Positions 25,305 to 38,656 are shown, counted from the first letter of the stretch. The stretch: 64,000 nt of DNA from Felis catus (GCF_018350175.1 NC_058368.1:216506001-216570000), one strand, 5' to 3'. The notes: generated by a model from the sequence alone, not told the origin. Numbers and translations: made by a program.

Positions 25305-25531
25305 CTTTTTTTTTTTTAATTTTTTTCCATGTTTTTATTTATTTTTGGGACAGAGAGAGACAGAGCATGAACGGGGGAGGGGCAGAGAGAGAGGGAGACA
25401 CGGAATCGGAAACAGGCTCCAGGCTCCCAGCCATCAGCCCAGAGCCCGACGCAGGGCTCAAACTCACGGACCGCGAGATCGTGACCTGGCTGAAGTCGGA
25501 CGCTCAATCGACTGCGCCACCCAGGCGCCCC
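25305..25531 (-). mobile_element. Young SINEC_Fc-type SINE
   Basis: CpG-rich. Perfect 18-bp TSD TCCTTATGCCCAAATCTT at 25290 and 25534. Confidence 0.97.
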
Positions 25532-25809
25532 AATCCTTATGCCCAAATCTTGAGTAATTGCTTACTGCATTCAACCAAAGTTGTCATTAACAGTTTGGGG
25601 AGTAATGCAAGAGACACTTTGTACACAGTAGTAGAATGTCAGCAGTTGCAAACAATAAACCTCAATTTTTGTGACTTCAGATGGAGCTGGAAACACACTT
25701 TCTGAACAAGAATAGAAGTCCCTTGGAAGTTTAAAACTACACGCTTATAGTAGTAAAACCAACAGCAACAGTGGTAGCTGCAATAATATAAATGATGATA
25801 ATGATTGCC

Positions 25810-26030
25810 ATCATTAATGAACACTTTACCGGATCCAGCATTGTTGAAACGCTCTTACCTGGATTATCATTTAATTATCACTACAATACATGAGGCAAGA
25901 ACTCTTGCCCCCCTGTTTTCAGTGATGAATTTGAGTCACCAGAAGATTAAGAAACTTGCCAAAGATTAAATTTCCTATAAATAAAAGTCACGGGATGTCA
26001 GAGAAGGTAGACTTGGTTCATCACACTATG
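25810..26030 (-). mobile_element. MIR
   Basis: Core-like ccctgttttcagtgatgaa...gagtcaccagaagattaagaaacttgccaaagat. Confidence 0.7.
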
Positions 26031-28317
26031 CCATACAGTCTCCATTCACAGAATAGTGGGAAGGGGAGATTTAGACTTTGAGTTACATGTTAATTGGAGA
26101 TAATCCTAGAACATGGAGTTTCTTTGGGTTATGAGCATTGTATTGGAATCCAGTTTGTATTTGTTTCCTAACTTGCATTAAGTAAGATTATTCTCAATTT
26201 TATTTATGTGAGACATAAATCGTGTCATAAAATACATATCACTGGAAATACATTCCTCATACTGTCAACTCATTGCAAAATCATGTACTTATGACTGATT
26301 ATAACTGAACAAGTACTATTATGTTAAACAGATAAGTTTCGTCCTCTGTAAGACTGGTGATTTAGGAAATGCTTTTCATAATAAGTTAAGAAGACTGTAG
26401 AAATATCACTTCACCATAAATGAAACAAAGGAATCAATTTGTTACAGAGAAAATGGGTAATGTGGAAATTGGATTCTGTGACAACTCATTGAACAAACAA
26501 TCATGAGCAACCACAATAAAATGTAATTTCCTTTATCTTAAATTCTTTAAAGTTAGCAGTTAAAGCTGGATTCTCATATATGCCATTCCATATAGTTTAT
26601 CTTTCAAGCAGATGATTTTATGTGTCAAAGATCTGTAGCAAGGATAATTCACGAGCTGAGATTTTAGGGGTGAAAAAATCAATGGAACATTGCACTCCTG
26701 TTTCTTTGCTTCGAACTCATAACTGCACAGTGTTAATTTTTCTTTTTCTTTTTCTTTTCAGTTTTGTGTGAGCTCATGTAGCAGCAGGAAAGCATAATAT
26801 AATCAAGACAGCAGGGAGCTTCTCTCTATAACTAGAATGAATTTACATTTGTCCATTATGTAAATGATTCTTCACCATTTTCCTATTTGCTTATTTGAAG
26901 AAGTGGCAGGGTGAATTTCCATGTTCACTTATGAAAATGTTTTCAAAGTCTTTATGCAATGATATAATAATAGTAATTTTTCATCAATATTAAGATAAGG
27001 GACTGGTGTGTTTCCAAAATAGCAAATCGATTAAATTTGTTGCTGTTTTCCTTATTTCTCTTGTATATGATTTAGCTTGCAAAGCTAAGCCTGTTAATAG
27101 ATTTAAAGCATAACCTGAATTGGTCACGATAATAGTTTTAATAGTTGTGGACATTAAATATTTTTTAATAATTCGTAAATGCTCTAAATTTTGCACCTGA
27201 AAAGTGCTATTTATTAAATTAAAACAAAAATAAAATAAAAATGTGATTTCTATATGCTGCCAGATATCCTTTATCAGTAAGTTCCAGAAATTAATCAAAT
27301 GGAGGTTGCCAGATTCTGCAGTTTTTTTGAATTATGTCTCCCTAGTTTTGGTGTCTTGTATTATAAATTTTGCACAAGTATGAAAAACATTTTCAACCCC
27401 AGAAGTTAAAGTGCGATTTAAAACAAATGCCTTTTTATGTATTTCATTTAATCGTCAACTTTACTTTTGACTCAATGAATGCCATATATTTTTTATTCCC
27501 GAAATTTCGTTCACTTTCAAGCAGCTGCCCAAATAGTCACTCACTCAGTCACTGCAATTAATAACAGATGGCAGGCAAGTAGTAAAAGTGTTCAAACCAT
27601 TTATTTTCTTTACTGCAGACTCTTGGGGCAGTTCGCACAGGTTTCTCACGAGTAAGCAAGTTTCTGTTGAGTAGTGTGTGACGTTTTTTCTGTCAGTTTT
27701 ATCCACCAAAGAGTCTACGCTCATGACTCCATTGTTCTCACAGAAGACTTCTCCCAAATCCTCATCTACTTTTATGCCTTCAACTAACACCTTCCTGAGA
27801 ACAACCCCTCCTATTTATAACAAATGCTCTAACTTGTTCCTTTAGTTGTGTATTCAAAACCACTTTCAAAATATTTATACCTTATTTTTCTCCTAACCAT
27901 ACAAATTTAATAGTCATACAAAAAAAATTACCTTCGTATTGTTCTCTGGCCTCTTCTTTCCCTAGACTTTTGTGTTGCATCTGTGTATCACGTCCAGGGT
28001 GCCCTCTTCCCAGTCTTGAAGACTTAGACAGAAGTTCCTTCTGGAAATGTCCATGCCTCCAAATGGTCAACTCTGACTTTCTGTGCCAGCTTGATTTTGC
28101 TTTACAAAATACCATTATTTCATAGTAACTTTGTAATCTGGCTAAATCCCTTAGGTGTCTAAGACTTTTGTGTAACTGAGAGAATGCATAGGTCTCACAG
28201 GGAAAACTCTGAGATGCTTAAATCATATACTTTACTCTAAAAGCTACCTCGGGATTTTTTTTACAAATTCCAAATTTCTTATGCTTAGGTACCACAACAG
28301 TTTAATATTCTCTTTTT

Positions 28318-28540
28318 GGGGCGCCTGGGTGGCGCAGTCGGTTAAGCGTCCGACTTCAGCTCAGGTCACGATCTCACGGTCTGTGAGTTTGAGCCCCACG
28401 TCAGGCTCTGGGCTGATGGCTCAGGGCCTGGAGCCTGCTTCCGATTCTGTGTCTCCTTCTCTCTCTGCCCCTCCCCCCTTCATGCTCTGTCTCTCTCTGT
28501 CTCAAAAATAAATAAAAACGTTAAAAAAATTAAAAAAAAA
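28318..28540 (+). mobile_element. Can-SINE (fairly young)
   Basis: TSD AATATTCTCTTTTT at 28304 and 28539. Confidence 0.96.
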
Positions 28541-28651
28541 TATTCTCTTTTTGCAAACTTGACCACCAAGTGATGCATGATGACTTGGAAATTAAGGGAA
28601 AATTTCAGAAGGAACTTGCATGGGAGGGTGGATATTTTCCTTCATGCCACT

Positions 28652-28855
28652 CTTTTTTCCTTAACTTTATTTATTTCGAGAGAGAGTGTGTGTGTGTGTG
28701 CAAGTGGGGGAGGGGCAGAAAGAGAGAATCCCAAGCAGAATCCATGCCTGTCAGTGTGGAGCCAGACATGGGGCTTGATGTTATGAACAATGAGATCACG
28801 ATCTGAGCCAAAATCAAGAGGCAGATGCCTAACCGACTTAACCACCCAGGTGCCC
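28652..28855 (-). mobile_element. Can-SINE
   Basis: Reversed head and GA/GT tract. Confidence 0.9.
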
Positions 28856-28929
28856 GTCTTTCACTCCAGTCTTAATTAAATATGTTAACATTATTTTAAA
28901 ACAATGACATTTGTTTAAAAATCTGTTTT

Positions 28930-29172
28930 GGGGGCGCCTGTGTAGCTCAGTCGGTTAAGTGGCCCATTCTTGATTTCAGCTCAGGTCATGGTCTCACGGT
29001 TTGTAAATTCGATTCTGACATCAGGCTTTGAGCTGGTGGTGTGGAGCCTGCCTGGGATTCTCTCTCTCCTCCTCCCTCTCTGCCCCTCCCTGCCTTTTTC
29101 TCTCTATATAAATAAATAAATATATTTTAAAATAAAATAAAATTAAAGTAAAGTAAAATAAATTAAAAAAAA
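28930..29172 (+). mobile_element. Can-SINE
   Basis: TSD AAAATCTGTTTT. Confidence 0.93.
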
Positions 29173-29186
29173 AATCTGTTTTCTTT

Positions 29187-29348
29187 GGGCCCCTTGATGG
29201 CTCATCAGTTAAGCATCTAACTCTTGACTTCAGCTTGGGTCATGATCTCATTGTTTGTGGGATTGATCCCCGTGTCCAGCTCTGTTCTGTCAGCATAAAT
29301 ACTTCTAGGGATTCTCTCTCTCCCTCTTTCTCTTTGCCCTCCTCCCCA

Positions 29349-29392
<44 letters not shown>

Positions 29393-29414
29393 ATTAATAA
29401 ATAAACTTAAAAAA
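29187..29414 (+). mobile_element. Can-SINE
   Basis: Diverged head, (CT)n, tail. Confidence 0.9.
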
Positions 29415-29711
29415 CATGTTTCCTTATTTGTAAATCAGTTAGATATAGTAGTGTAGGTTATTAAAAACAATTGTGATATAATGATAAAAATTTCAGGATT
29501 CCTATGGGGACCAGATGCAAAATTCAAAAGAAGAAAATGTAATTCAGAAGGGGAAATATGAAGAAAATTTTGTAGAAATTCTCTGAGTTTAAATATAATA
29601 CTAAATTGCCACTCTGTTTCAAAATGACATAAGCATGGTTGTAAGTACATCTCTTTAAATATTTGATGTTTTAAATTTGTAAATGCACTGCCCACTCTAG
29701 TTAATTAACTA

Positions 29712-29886
29712 TTTTTTTAAGTTTATTATTTATCTGAGACAGAGAGAAAGAAAGAGAAAATCCCAAGCAGGCTCCACACTGTCAGTGCAGAGCCTGACAC
29801 AGGGCTCTATCCCATGAACTGTGAGATCATGACCCAAGTCAAAATCAAGAGTCAGATGCTTAACTGACTGAGCCACCCAGAAACCT
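29712..29886 (-). mobile_element. Can-SINE
   Basis: TSD ATTAAC(T/C)ATTTTTTT. Confidence 0.9.
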
Positions 29887-30806
29887 CCTCATTAACCATT
29901 TTTTTTAAGACATGGGAAGGATACAGGCATTACTTCTTGCACAATTTTGCCCTCATGCCATTAGATTTCACAATTGAATGATTGAAAGCCATGACATAAT
30001 CAAGCATAAGGAATGAAGTAGGGAGGGTGGTCTTAAAATGACTGCCATTACCCTCTGTCTGCCCCAGGTGGGATCGCCTGTTGGAGGTAGGTGAATTCTT
30101 GCCACAAAGCCAGGATCTACTTGTACCTATTTTAGATGTATCAGTAATTGTCCTGAAGGACTGGCGAAGTGCAAAGTAGAGACTGCAGGGTTGGTTGTTA
30201 AGAATAACACCAGTCAGTGGAGTACGGGTTGGATGGGAAAGGGAAGGAGCTGATGGGTAGAGGTTCTGTTAGCTTGAGATGCTCTAGAAATGACGTTCTG
30301 AGACAGAGATTTATTTGCATGAGGCACATTGCATGGTACTCTTAGTGACAACTTCCATAAAGAAGTGAAGGAAACAGGTTGAACCTTGATATTAGTTGAA
30401 AGAGGCGTCCTTCAATCCTGTGAGAAGCTCTAGAATTTGGATGAGCAAATAGACTGCAAGACCTAAGAGAAAATTTGCAAGAGTGACCATCAGCTAATAT
30501 TGAAAAAAAGGAAAAAAAAATGAGGAAAGAGTAAAAGGCTATAAAATGAATCAGAATAAGAAAAATGCCAATGTAAAAACTAAATGTAAAAAATTGTAAA
30601 CTGTAAATCATGGTGAGGTATAACAGGAAATATCTATTTTAACCTTGTGCACTGCAATGAGTTCGGGTATCTTCATGTGATAAAAATCGAATATCATACT
30701 GACAATTTCATGTTCTAAGCCTTGTAAATAACCATCAAGACAAATGGACATGGTGTTAACAGAATTAACTGAAGCCTGGATTTAGGAATAAGAAGATAAA
30801 AGTTGG

Positions 30807-30998
30807 GGGGCGCCTGGGTGGTGCAGCCAGTTAAGCCTTTGACTCTTGATATTATCTCAGGTCATGATCTCATGCTCGTGAGATCAAGCCCCCCATGGGG
30901 CTCTGCGCTGGGCATGGAGGTCGCTTAAGATTCTCTCTCTCCCTCTCTCTCTCTGCCCAGTTCGTTTTCACTCTCTCTCAAATAAATACAAAATAAAT
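30807..30998 (+). mobile_element. Can-SINE
   Basis: TSD ATAAAAGTTGGG. Confidence 0.93.
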
Positions 30999-31271
30999 AA
31001 AAGTTGGGTTCTGATAAACCCAAAGTATCACCAGAAAATTTAAGAAATTAAAAAAAAAATCAGTCAGTGTAGTGATGAATTAAATTAACTGATACACAAA
31101 ATATTTACTATGCCATCAATAATTTTCTCAATAGCAAGTGAATTTTTCAGGCAGTATAGACTTTTCTCCCTTCTCATTGTCTCTATTTTGCAACTTCTCA
31201 CTCTTCTTCAAGCTTTCATAGTTATCCTCTTACTCCTTTCATCTGTCTCTTTCTCATGTGTATTATTATAT

Positions 31272-31479
31272 ATTTTTAAAGTTTATTTATTTACTTTGAG
31301 AGAGAGAGAGAGAGAGCATGTGCAGGGAGGGTCAGAGAGAGGGAAACAAAGAATTTCAAGCAGGTTGCACGCTGTCATCCTAGAGCCCAACGCGGGTCTC
31401 AAATCATCAACCATGAGATTGTAACCTGAGTGGAAATCAAGAGTTGGACGCTGAACTGACTGAGCCATCTAGGCACCCC
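31272..31479 (-). mobile_element. Can-SINE
   Basis: TSD CTCATGTGTATTATTA. Confidence 0.93.
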
Positions 31480-32311
31480 TCATGTGTATTATTAAAGGTA
31501 TAATTATGGGAGTCAAATGAACATATTAAAACTCACTACATTTAGTAATGGTAACACCTATGAAAATATGAAATAAAGGCCGAATCTCATCGAGTGATAC
31601 ACGGATGGAAACTCAAGAACAAATAATGTTTATTATAAGATAATCTTATCATCAAATTTGTAAATATGTAAATGGTATTAGAGACTGGGTTTAATTACCA
31701 GTTTTTCTATATGAAGAGAAAACCGATAGTTAACTAAGGTAGGAAAATGAGCAAGCAACAGCAACGACCTAGCACATCCTTTCTGAACTCTGAACATTTG
31801 TGACTTTATCTGACGCAGCAAAACTAGTAAAATGAATGCTGGGGTGAGGAATCGTCCTGCTGGTAAATAAAACTGCTCTTCTCTTAATTCTAAGAAACAT
31901 TCAGTTTCTCTAAGGAAATGCATATTGTTGTTGTTATGCTGTTTAGGAGGAAGGTGAGATGTCAATTTTGAAGCAAATGAGAAGAAGGAAAAACGTAAAA
32001 GAAAAAAAAAAGACAAATTTAGAAAGGCTTATTCCAGAACTAATTTTCAAAATGGCCTGAGAGAAATAATCTATATTGTCAGAAATGAGGATGATGATTT
32101 CCTTGGGAAGTTGCTACCAGAAGTGAGGATGAAGGAGACTTCTAGACCAAAATGTGTAAAATCAGTACACCTCTAAAATAGTAGCACCTTTTTTTTTAAT
32201 TCTTCAAGTATAGTTGAAATACGTTTTAAATGATTAACAGTATATTATGGAAATAGCAGACAAAATAGCTATAAAAACTAATTATGATCTTTAATATCTG
32301 TATTGGAATCC

Positions 32312-32560
32312 TGTAGTAGAAAATATTCTAAGATATCCACCCAAGATCCTGCCCCCTGGTGACACTGACTTATATCATGCCCTTCCCTGGAGTATGAGTG
32401 CTGTCTGTGACTATGGCAGGACATCACTACTGTGATTACTTTCCTATTAGGCCCATTGTGTTAATCAAGAGGCAGAATGTCCTGGTGGGACTGACCTAAT
32501 TAGGTAAGCCTTTAAAGGAAGGTGAAGCATCAGAAATGGAAGAGCCCAAATGTACTGTGA
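32312..32560 (+). mobile_element. MaLR MLT1E/F-like LTR 5' part
   Basis: TGTAGTAGAAAATATTCTAAGAT...CAAGATCCTGCCCCCTGGTG resembles the recalled MLT1E/F start. Confidence 0.65.
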
Positions 32561-32569
32561 ATTCCATGA

Positions 32570-35005
32570 ATAGTCTATCATAGAAATCAATTTCATGAAA
32601 CGTATTTTGAGGCCACTGGTTTTTCTGTTTTGCGTTGCATTTTCTAATTTTTACCTAATTATTATTTTATAGATAAATTCTCTACTTTTGTCTTTTATCA
32701 ATTTCAATTCTCCCCTGTATCGTTTTTTTCTATTTTCTTTGGGTTTAATTTAGTTTTCTTTTTCTAGCATTTTAAGGGACAAGATTTGTTTGTTTTCATT
32801 CTTTTTTTTTCCCTCAGTAAGGTCACAGTCAGAAGGTCACACTTCACAAAACTGCTTCAGCTGTGCTGAACAAATTAAAAACAGCAGATCAAATTTTCAC
32901 TCAATTGAAATACATTCTCTTTTCCTTATGAGTTTTTTCCCCAAATGTTATTTACAGGTGAAGTGTTTAGTTTCTATGCATTTGGATATTTTTATATATT
33001 TTTTGTGTATTACTAATTTAATTATGTCAATCAACAGAATCATATAATATGTGGTATTTGTAAATGTCTTCCTTTTAAGTTTTTTAATAATTTTTAACTA
33101 ATCTCTAGGCCACACGGGAAACTTGAACTCACGACGCCAACATCACAAGAGGCATACTCTTCTGACTTAGCCAACCAGGCCCCTATAAATATCTTTTTGT
33201 TTAATCTAGCATATTTTTTTCAAAATTCTTTTATATTGTCACATGATCAGTAATCAATTCCTTCTTATCAAGGAATAATATACCATTGTATGGATATACT
33301 CACATTTATTTGCTCAATCATCAATTGATGGACATTTGGAATGTTTCCACTTTTTGGCTAATAGAAACCCCACTGCTATGAAAATGTGAATGTAAGTTTT
33401 GGTGGACATACGTTTTTATTATTCATAGGTATATACTTATGAAAAATACCTAGGAGGGCAATTTTTGGATTATATGATAATTCTGTTCAACATTTTGAGA
33501 AACAGCCAAACTATCTTCCATGGAATCTACACCATTTATATTCCTATTAGTTTCTCAACCTTAGAACCAAAAGGTGTTATGATCTGCCTTTTTGATTTGA
33601 GTCATCCTACTGAGTATTAATATCTCTTTGTGATTTTTATTTACATCTCTACAATGACTAATGATGGTGAGCGTCTTTGCATGTTTATTGTCTACTGTAT
33701 ATCTACTTTGGAGTGATGTCATTTAAGTTCCTTTACCCATTTGATGATCTTTTGTTATTGAGTTGTGATACTTCTTTATGTGGTCTCCTAGACATGTCTC
33801 ATCCGATACATGATTTGTAAATATTGTACATTGAAGCTTCACTTTCTTGCTGATGCCCTTTGCAGCAAAATTGTTATGAAGTGAAATTTATCTATTCTTT
33901 CTATGGTCCTGTGTGTTTTGGTGACATGTCCAAGAAACCATTACCTAATTTAAGGCCATGAAGATGTATTCTTATGTTTTTTTCTCAAAGTCTAATATTT
34001 TAGCTCTTACATTTAGGTCAGTGATCTATTTTGAGTTTATTTTAATGTATAGTATAAAGAACTGGTACAACCACACCTATTGCTTGTGAATATCCTTTGT
34101 ATCCGTATGTTTTATGGAAAATACTATTCTCTCCCTATTGAATTATTTAGGGAGATTTATCAAACATGAATTGATCATGATGTAAAGGTTTATTTCTGGA
34201 CTGTCAATTCTATTCCATTGTTCTCTAGGTATTTCTTTATGCCAGTACCGCACAATCTAGATCATTGTACTTTGGTTTAAGTTTTGAAATCAGAAAGTAT
34301 GAACCCTCAAGGATTGATATTCTTTTTTAGAGATTATTTGTCTAATTGGTGGCCCTTGCATTCCATATGAATTTAGAATCTGGGGAAAAGACCAGGTTGG
34401 ATATTGGTAGGAATTGCATTGAATCTATACATTTATTTGAGTGCCACCATGTACAATAAACATGGGCTATTCATGAATATGGAATTTTTAAAAAATTATT
34501 TAAATCTTATAAAAATTATTTCAACAATATTTTTCAGTTTTCTATCTTGCATTTTTTTTCATGTGTTTTCTGAAGAACTTAATTCTTCTTTCATTCTGTT
34601 GTACATGTATTTGTTCTTAATGTAGGCCATACGGCATTCAGTCTTTCACCATAAACTTTGATCTTAGCTGTGGGGTTTTCATAGATTTTCTTTAACAAGT
34701 TGAAGAATTTTGCTTTTATTCCTAGCTTTTGGAGTTCTTTTATGATGAAGGGTGTTGAATTTTGGCAAAAGCTTTTGCTGTATCTATTGAGACGATCTTG
34801 TGTGTCATTTAACTCATTAATCTATTTCGTTACACTGATCATTTTCATATATAAAATTGACTATTCATTCTTCGGATGAAGTCTAGTTGGTCATATATAA
34901 TTATTTTTCTATGCTGTTGAATTCATTTTGCTAGTATTTTTTAAAGATTCTTTGCCTCTAATAAGAATATTGGTCTGTAGATTATTCTCATAATGTCCTC
35001 ATCCT
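32570..35005 (-). mobile_element. Old L1M fragments (L1MB-like 33200-35005, plus a separate ORF2 piece 32570-33060)
   Basis: Antisense motifs tgatggacatttgg, ggtaggaattgcattgaatctata, ttcagtctttcacc, gaagggtgttgaattttg. Confidence 0.8.
33073..33183 (-). mobile_element. Short tRNA-derived SINE
   Basis: Reversed B box (cttgaactc) and A box (gacttagccaaccagg). TSD TAAAT(G/A)TCTT. Confidence 0.7.
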
Positions 35006-36725
35006 GGAAGGAAATAGCCGCCTGTCTTCTTTCTCTGACAAGAACGTATTCTTTTCACACTACTTCATGAACTCATCCATTTTGATCATCGTAATAATAA
35101 TGCAAATTTATATTAACATAGGAAAAGTAGTCATCATCACTCTGAGATGTTTCTTCTGAATGGAAGAGAAGCATGTAATTTCTATATGAAGATGAACATT
35201 TAAAAAGAAAATTACCGTCTTGTTTTATGGTGCTTTTAAAAAAAGATTTTCCTCCTATAGTGTTGTTATTTTAAGTCCAATAAATTCAAAATGTATATGC
35301 AGGGTAGTGTTTACATCTCACATGTGCTTGGCCATAAACATTATTTAAATTATGCAAATTTTTGCATTAGAGCCTTATTTCCTAACTTCTCAACTAAAAT
35401 TTATAAATAATTGATTCTGGCATTTCGTACATTGTAAGATAAACAAGCAGGGTGTGCAATATCAAACTCTTACCATATCTGGTCATTAGCACTCAGGAAT
35501 GTTTTATGTTGGAGGGAAAAAAAAAGTTGACTATCTTTGAATGGAAAACAGAAACATGATTATACTTAGAAAATAAAGGCAGTAAATGGTTCATTTGCTC
35601 TCTTTCCATTTGCAGGATTGTAATAAAAGTGCCAGCGAGATTGATATTTAGGCAAACAGTACATTGCAATAAAGTTAAGATTACTAGAGGAGATACATTA
35701 ATACACAACATTCTTCTTTGAGTCTGCTTTTCTATTTCAATTCCAAGAGTACTTTGGTATTTTAATTTCAGTTATAGATACCCATTTAGCTTTGATTCAA
35801 AGAGAACTCCCTTTCTATCAAATAAATGTTAAGATTTGTAAGTTATTTCATTTTACCACGCTTTCTTAGATTTTAATCTTACTTTTTAAAAAATATTTGA
35901 AAAAAGTTACAATTTGTATATTATACAAAGTACTGAATGCCTTCCTGTTTACACATTATTAAGCTGCTGTAGCAGCAGCTGCATAGGATTTAGCACAACA
36001 TATGGTGTTGATTCTTTCTATGTTTTAATGAAAATCTGATTTATAAATCTCTTGCAACAAACTGGTGATGAGATGTTTAGCAAAGCTATAACACATATTA
36101 CTTGATATTTATAAATGCCACTCTTTTTTCTTATGAGCTAAAGGGTGATGGAGTTGTGGAAGTATGTTAAAAGACAAGAGGAAATAAAACCACAAAAAAA
36201 GAAAAAAATGTAGAATTGCAAGGCAACTGTTCACATCTCCTACAGTAAGTTTCACAAAATAATAAATTTATTTTTATGGGTTAAATAATTATTTAAGTAG
36301 TAATTTTAGATTTTTCTAAAACTTTGAAAGCAGTAAGCATACAATGAGGTATTTTTGAGGTGTTTTGTTGATGAACAGTAGAGAAATAGTATAGCAGCTA
36401 AAGAAAAGCTATGCTATTTCATATGCTATTTTATCAATTAAAATGAGAAATGTCGTACAGACTCTGGGGTATACATGTTCCACGAACAAAATTGATGAAA
36501 CTTGCCTTTCTTACTCATCAACTCCTATTTTTCTATTGGTATGGCATTTATCCTTTCTGCCAATTAGCCAGTGACTTCATGCGATTCCAATTCCTAACTC
36601 TCATGTAAGAAGTGATTTTAACTAGCTCCATCTCTAACTAAAATATTCTCCTTAAGTATTTCAAGATTACCTGTTACGTCACCTGGAATCTGTCCACTTA
36701 AAAAAAAAAAAAAAAAGAAGGACCT

Positions 36726-36938
36726 GGGGCGCCTGGGTGGCTCAGTCGGTTGAGTGTCTGTCTTTGGCTCAGGTCATGATCTCACTGTTGGTGAGCTCGA
36801 GCCCTGCATTGGGCTCTGTGCTGGTAGCTCAGAGCCTGGTGCCTGCTTCAGGTTCTGTGTCTTCCTTTCTCCCCCTCCCTGCTCATGCTCTGTCTCTCTC
36901 TGTCCCTCAAAAATGAATAAACACTAAAAATAATTTTA
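36726..36938 (+). mobile_element. Can-SINE
   Basis: Full structure. TSD AAAGA(A)GGACC. Confidence 0.95.
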
Positions 36939-38181
36939 AAGAGGACCATTTAAAAGGTAGTGCCATGAAAATACATACATTATATCATCAATACATTATA
37001 TCATCAATAGATGATATAATAAGGGAGGAAAACATCCTTCACCTCTAAAGTGATATAAGGCAGGTGTTTTAAAGAAAAATAGGTTTTTCTTATACGTTCA
37101 TATATGCACAAAAGCTTGATTCCCCATCTAAAAAGTTTTAAACCTCCATAACCACCATAGAACTTATTACCAAAGATGCTACCATAACCTATACAGCAGC
37201 CCTTCTCACGAACACTTCCATCGTCACTGATGGTGGCATCTTATTTTTCAATGTCACTTGTAGATTACAGATTAGGAATTAGATGTGTGTCTTCAAATCC
37301 ATTTACTCAGTAACAAACATTCAGAGTAAGTCTCCATCCCCCAATTTTTGCTAAAGATGGACTTCCTTGTCCATCCTCGCCCTAATTTATATGTGTCTAA
37401 ACATGCCTGAACACTAGAGTGGGCATGATTCGGCCACAAGCTGGTAACTCCACTACACATAAGAATAAGCAAATCAGTATCAGACCTTTAAGAAATAAAA
37501 CATTTAGAGCTGACAAGGAAGAATATATTTAAAAAAAATCTAGAGTCACTAATATCTATTATTGAGTAGTGTATTTTTATTTATAAAAAACAAAACAGAC
37601 CTAATTAAGGCAGATAGACAGTTTATAAAATATTTATAGGCATTTCGCACAGAATTCATGGTATGTATAAATAGCCAGGCACTATCATTGTTCTGGTTAT
37701 CATTATCACTATGCCCATCATCACTGAGCACAAATAATCTACAGTTGTGTCTTGACCTGTCTAGAAAAGGAAATAGCATCGACAGAGAGGAAATTAATTA
37801 CATATTAAATTAAATCTTGACAGCATGCTCTCAGAAATGGCAAAGAAATTCTGTTTATAATACAAAACCTACATATTTAGCATCTTTTATCATTTATAGT
37901 ATCTATTCGATCTCTCACATGAGAACCTGCCCCAAATTTCTATGCTCCCAAATTCTGTTTTCAACTTTTGGAGAACATGATTTCTACAACCTGGCCTGGG
38001 AGGTGCATTTGTTCCCTTTCTTTTGTTTTCCCTCTCTCTCTTTCTCACAGTGTTTTAGAGGCTTTCTAGTCTAATTGTCTATAATTCTAGAATGATTTGA
38101 ATTATTCAGCTTCTTTTGAATTTCATTTTAGTATATCCCATGAGACTGACATTGATCAGACACAGGGAATCCATGTCTAAA

Positions 38182-38603
38182 TTTTTTTTTTAATGTTTGG
38201 GGTGCCTGGATGGCTCAGTCAGTTGAGCTTCTGACTTTGGCTCAGATCATGATCTCACGGTCTGTGAGCTGGAGCCCCACGTCAGGCCCTGTGTTGACAG
38301 CTCAGAGCCTGGAGCCTGCTTCAGATTCTGTGTCTCCCTCTCTCTCTGACCCTCCCCTGTTCATTCTCTGTCTCTTTTAAAAAATAAATAAACATTAATT
38401 TAAATTTTTTTATGTTTATTTATTTTTGAGAGAGAGAGAAGGCAGGAGAGGGGCAGAGAGAGACACACACAGAGAATCTGAAGCAGGCTCCAGGCTCTGA
38501 GCTGTCAGCATAGAGCCCAATGCAGGGCTCGAACTCGAGAGCAGTGAGATCATGACCTGAACCTAAGTCAGACACTTAACTGACTGAGCCATCTAGGCGC
38601 CCC
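38182..38603 (-). mobile_element. Can-SINE whose tail is split by an opposite-strand SINE
   Basis: Body at 38405-38603, tail remnant at 38182-38198. Outer TSD CAG(G/A)GAATC(C/T)AT at 38163 and 38603. Confidence 0.9.
38199..38404 (+). mobile_element. Can-SINE inserted into the tail of the minus-strand SINE
   Basis: Flanked on both sides by AAATTTTTTT..ATGTTT. Confidence 0.93.
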
Positions 38604-38656
38604 AGAGAATCTATCTTTTAAGTCAAAGACTAAGTAAAAGTTTGTGAATGCTTATG

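Noticed and set aside
25199..25705. 168-aa ORF
   Set aside because: It runs through an antisense SINE. SINE-derived peptides recur in many short ORFs here (e.g. 28281, 53288, 62492).
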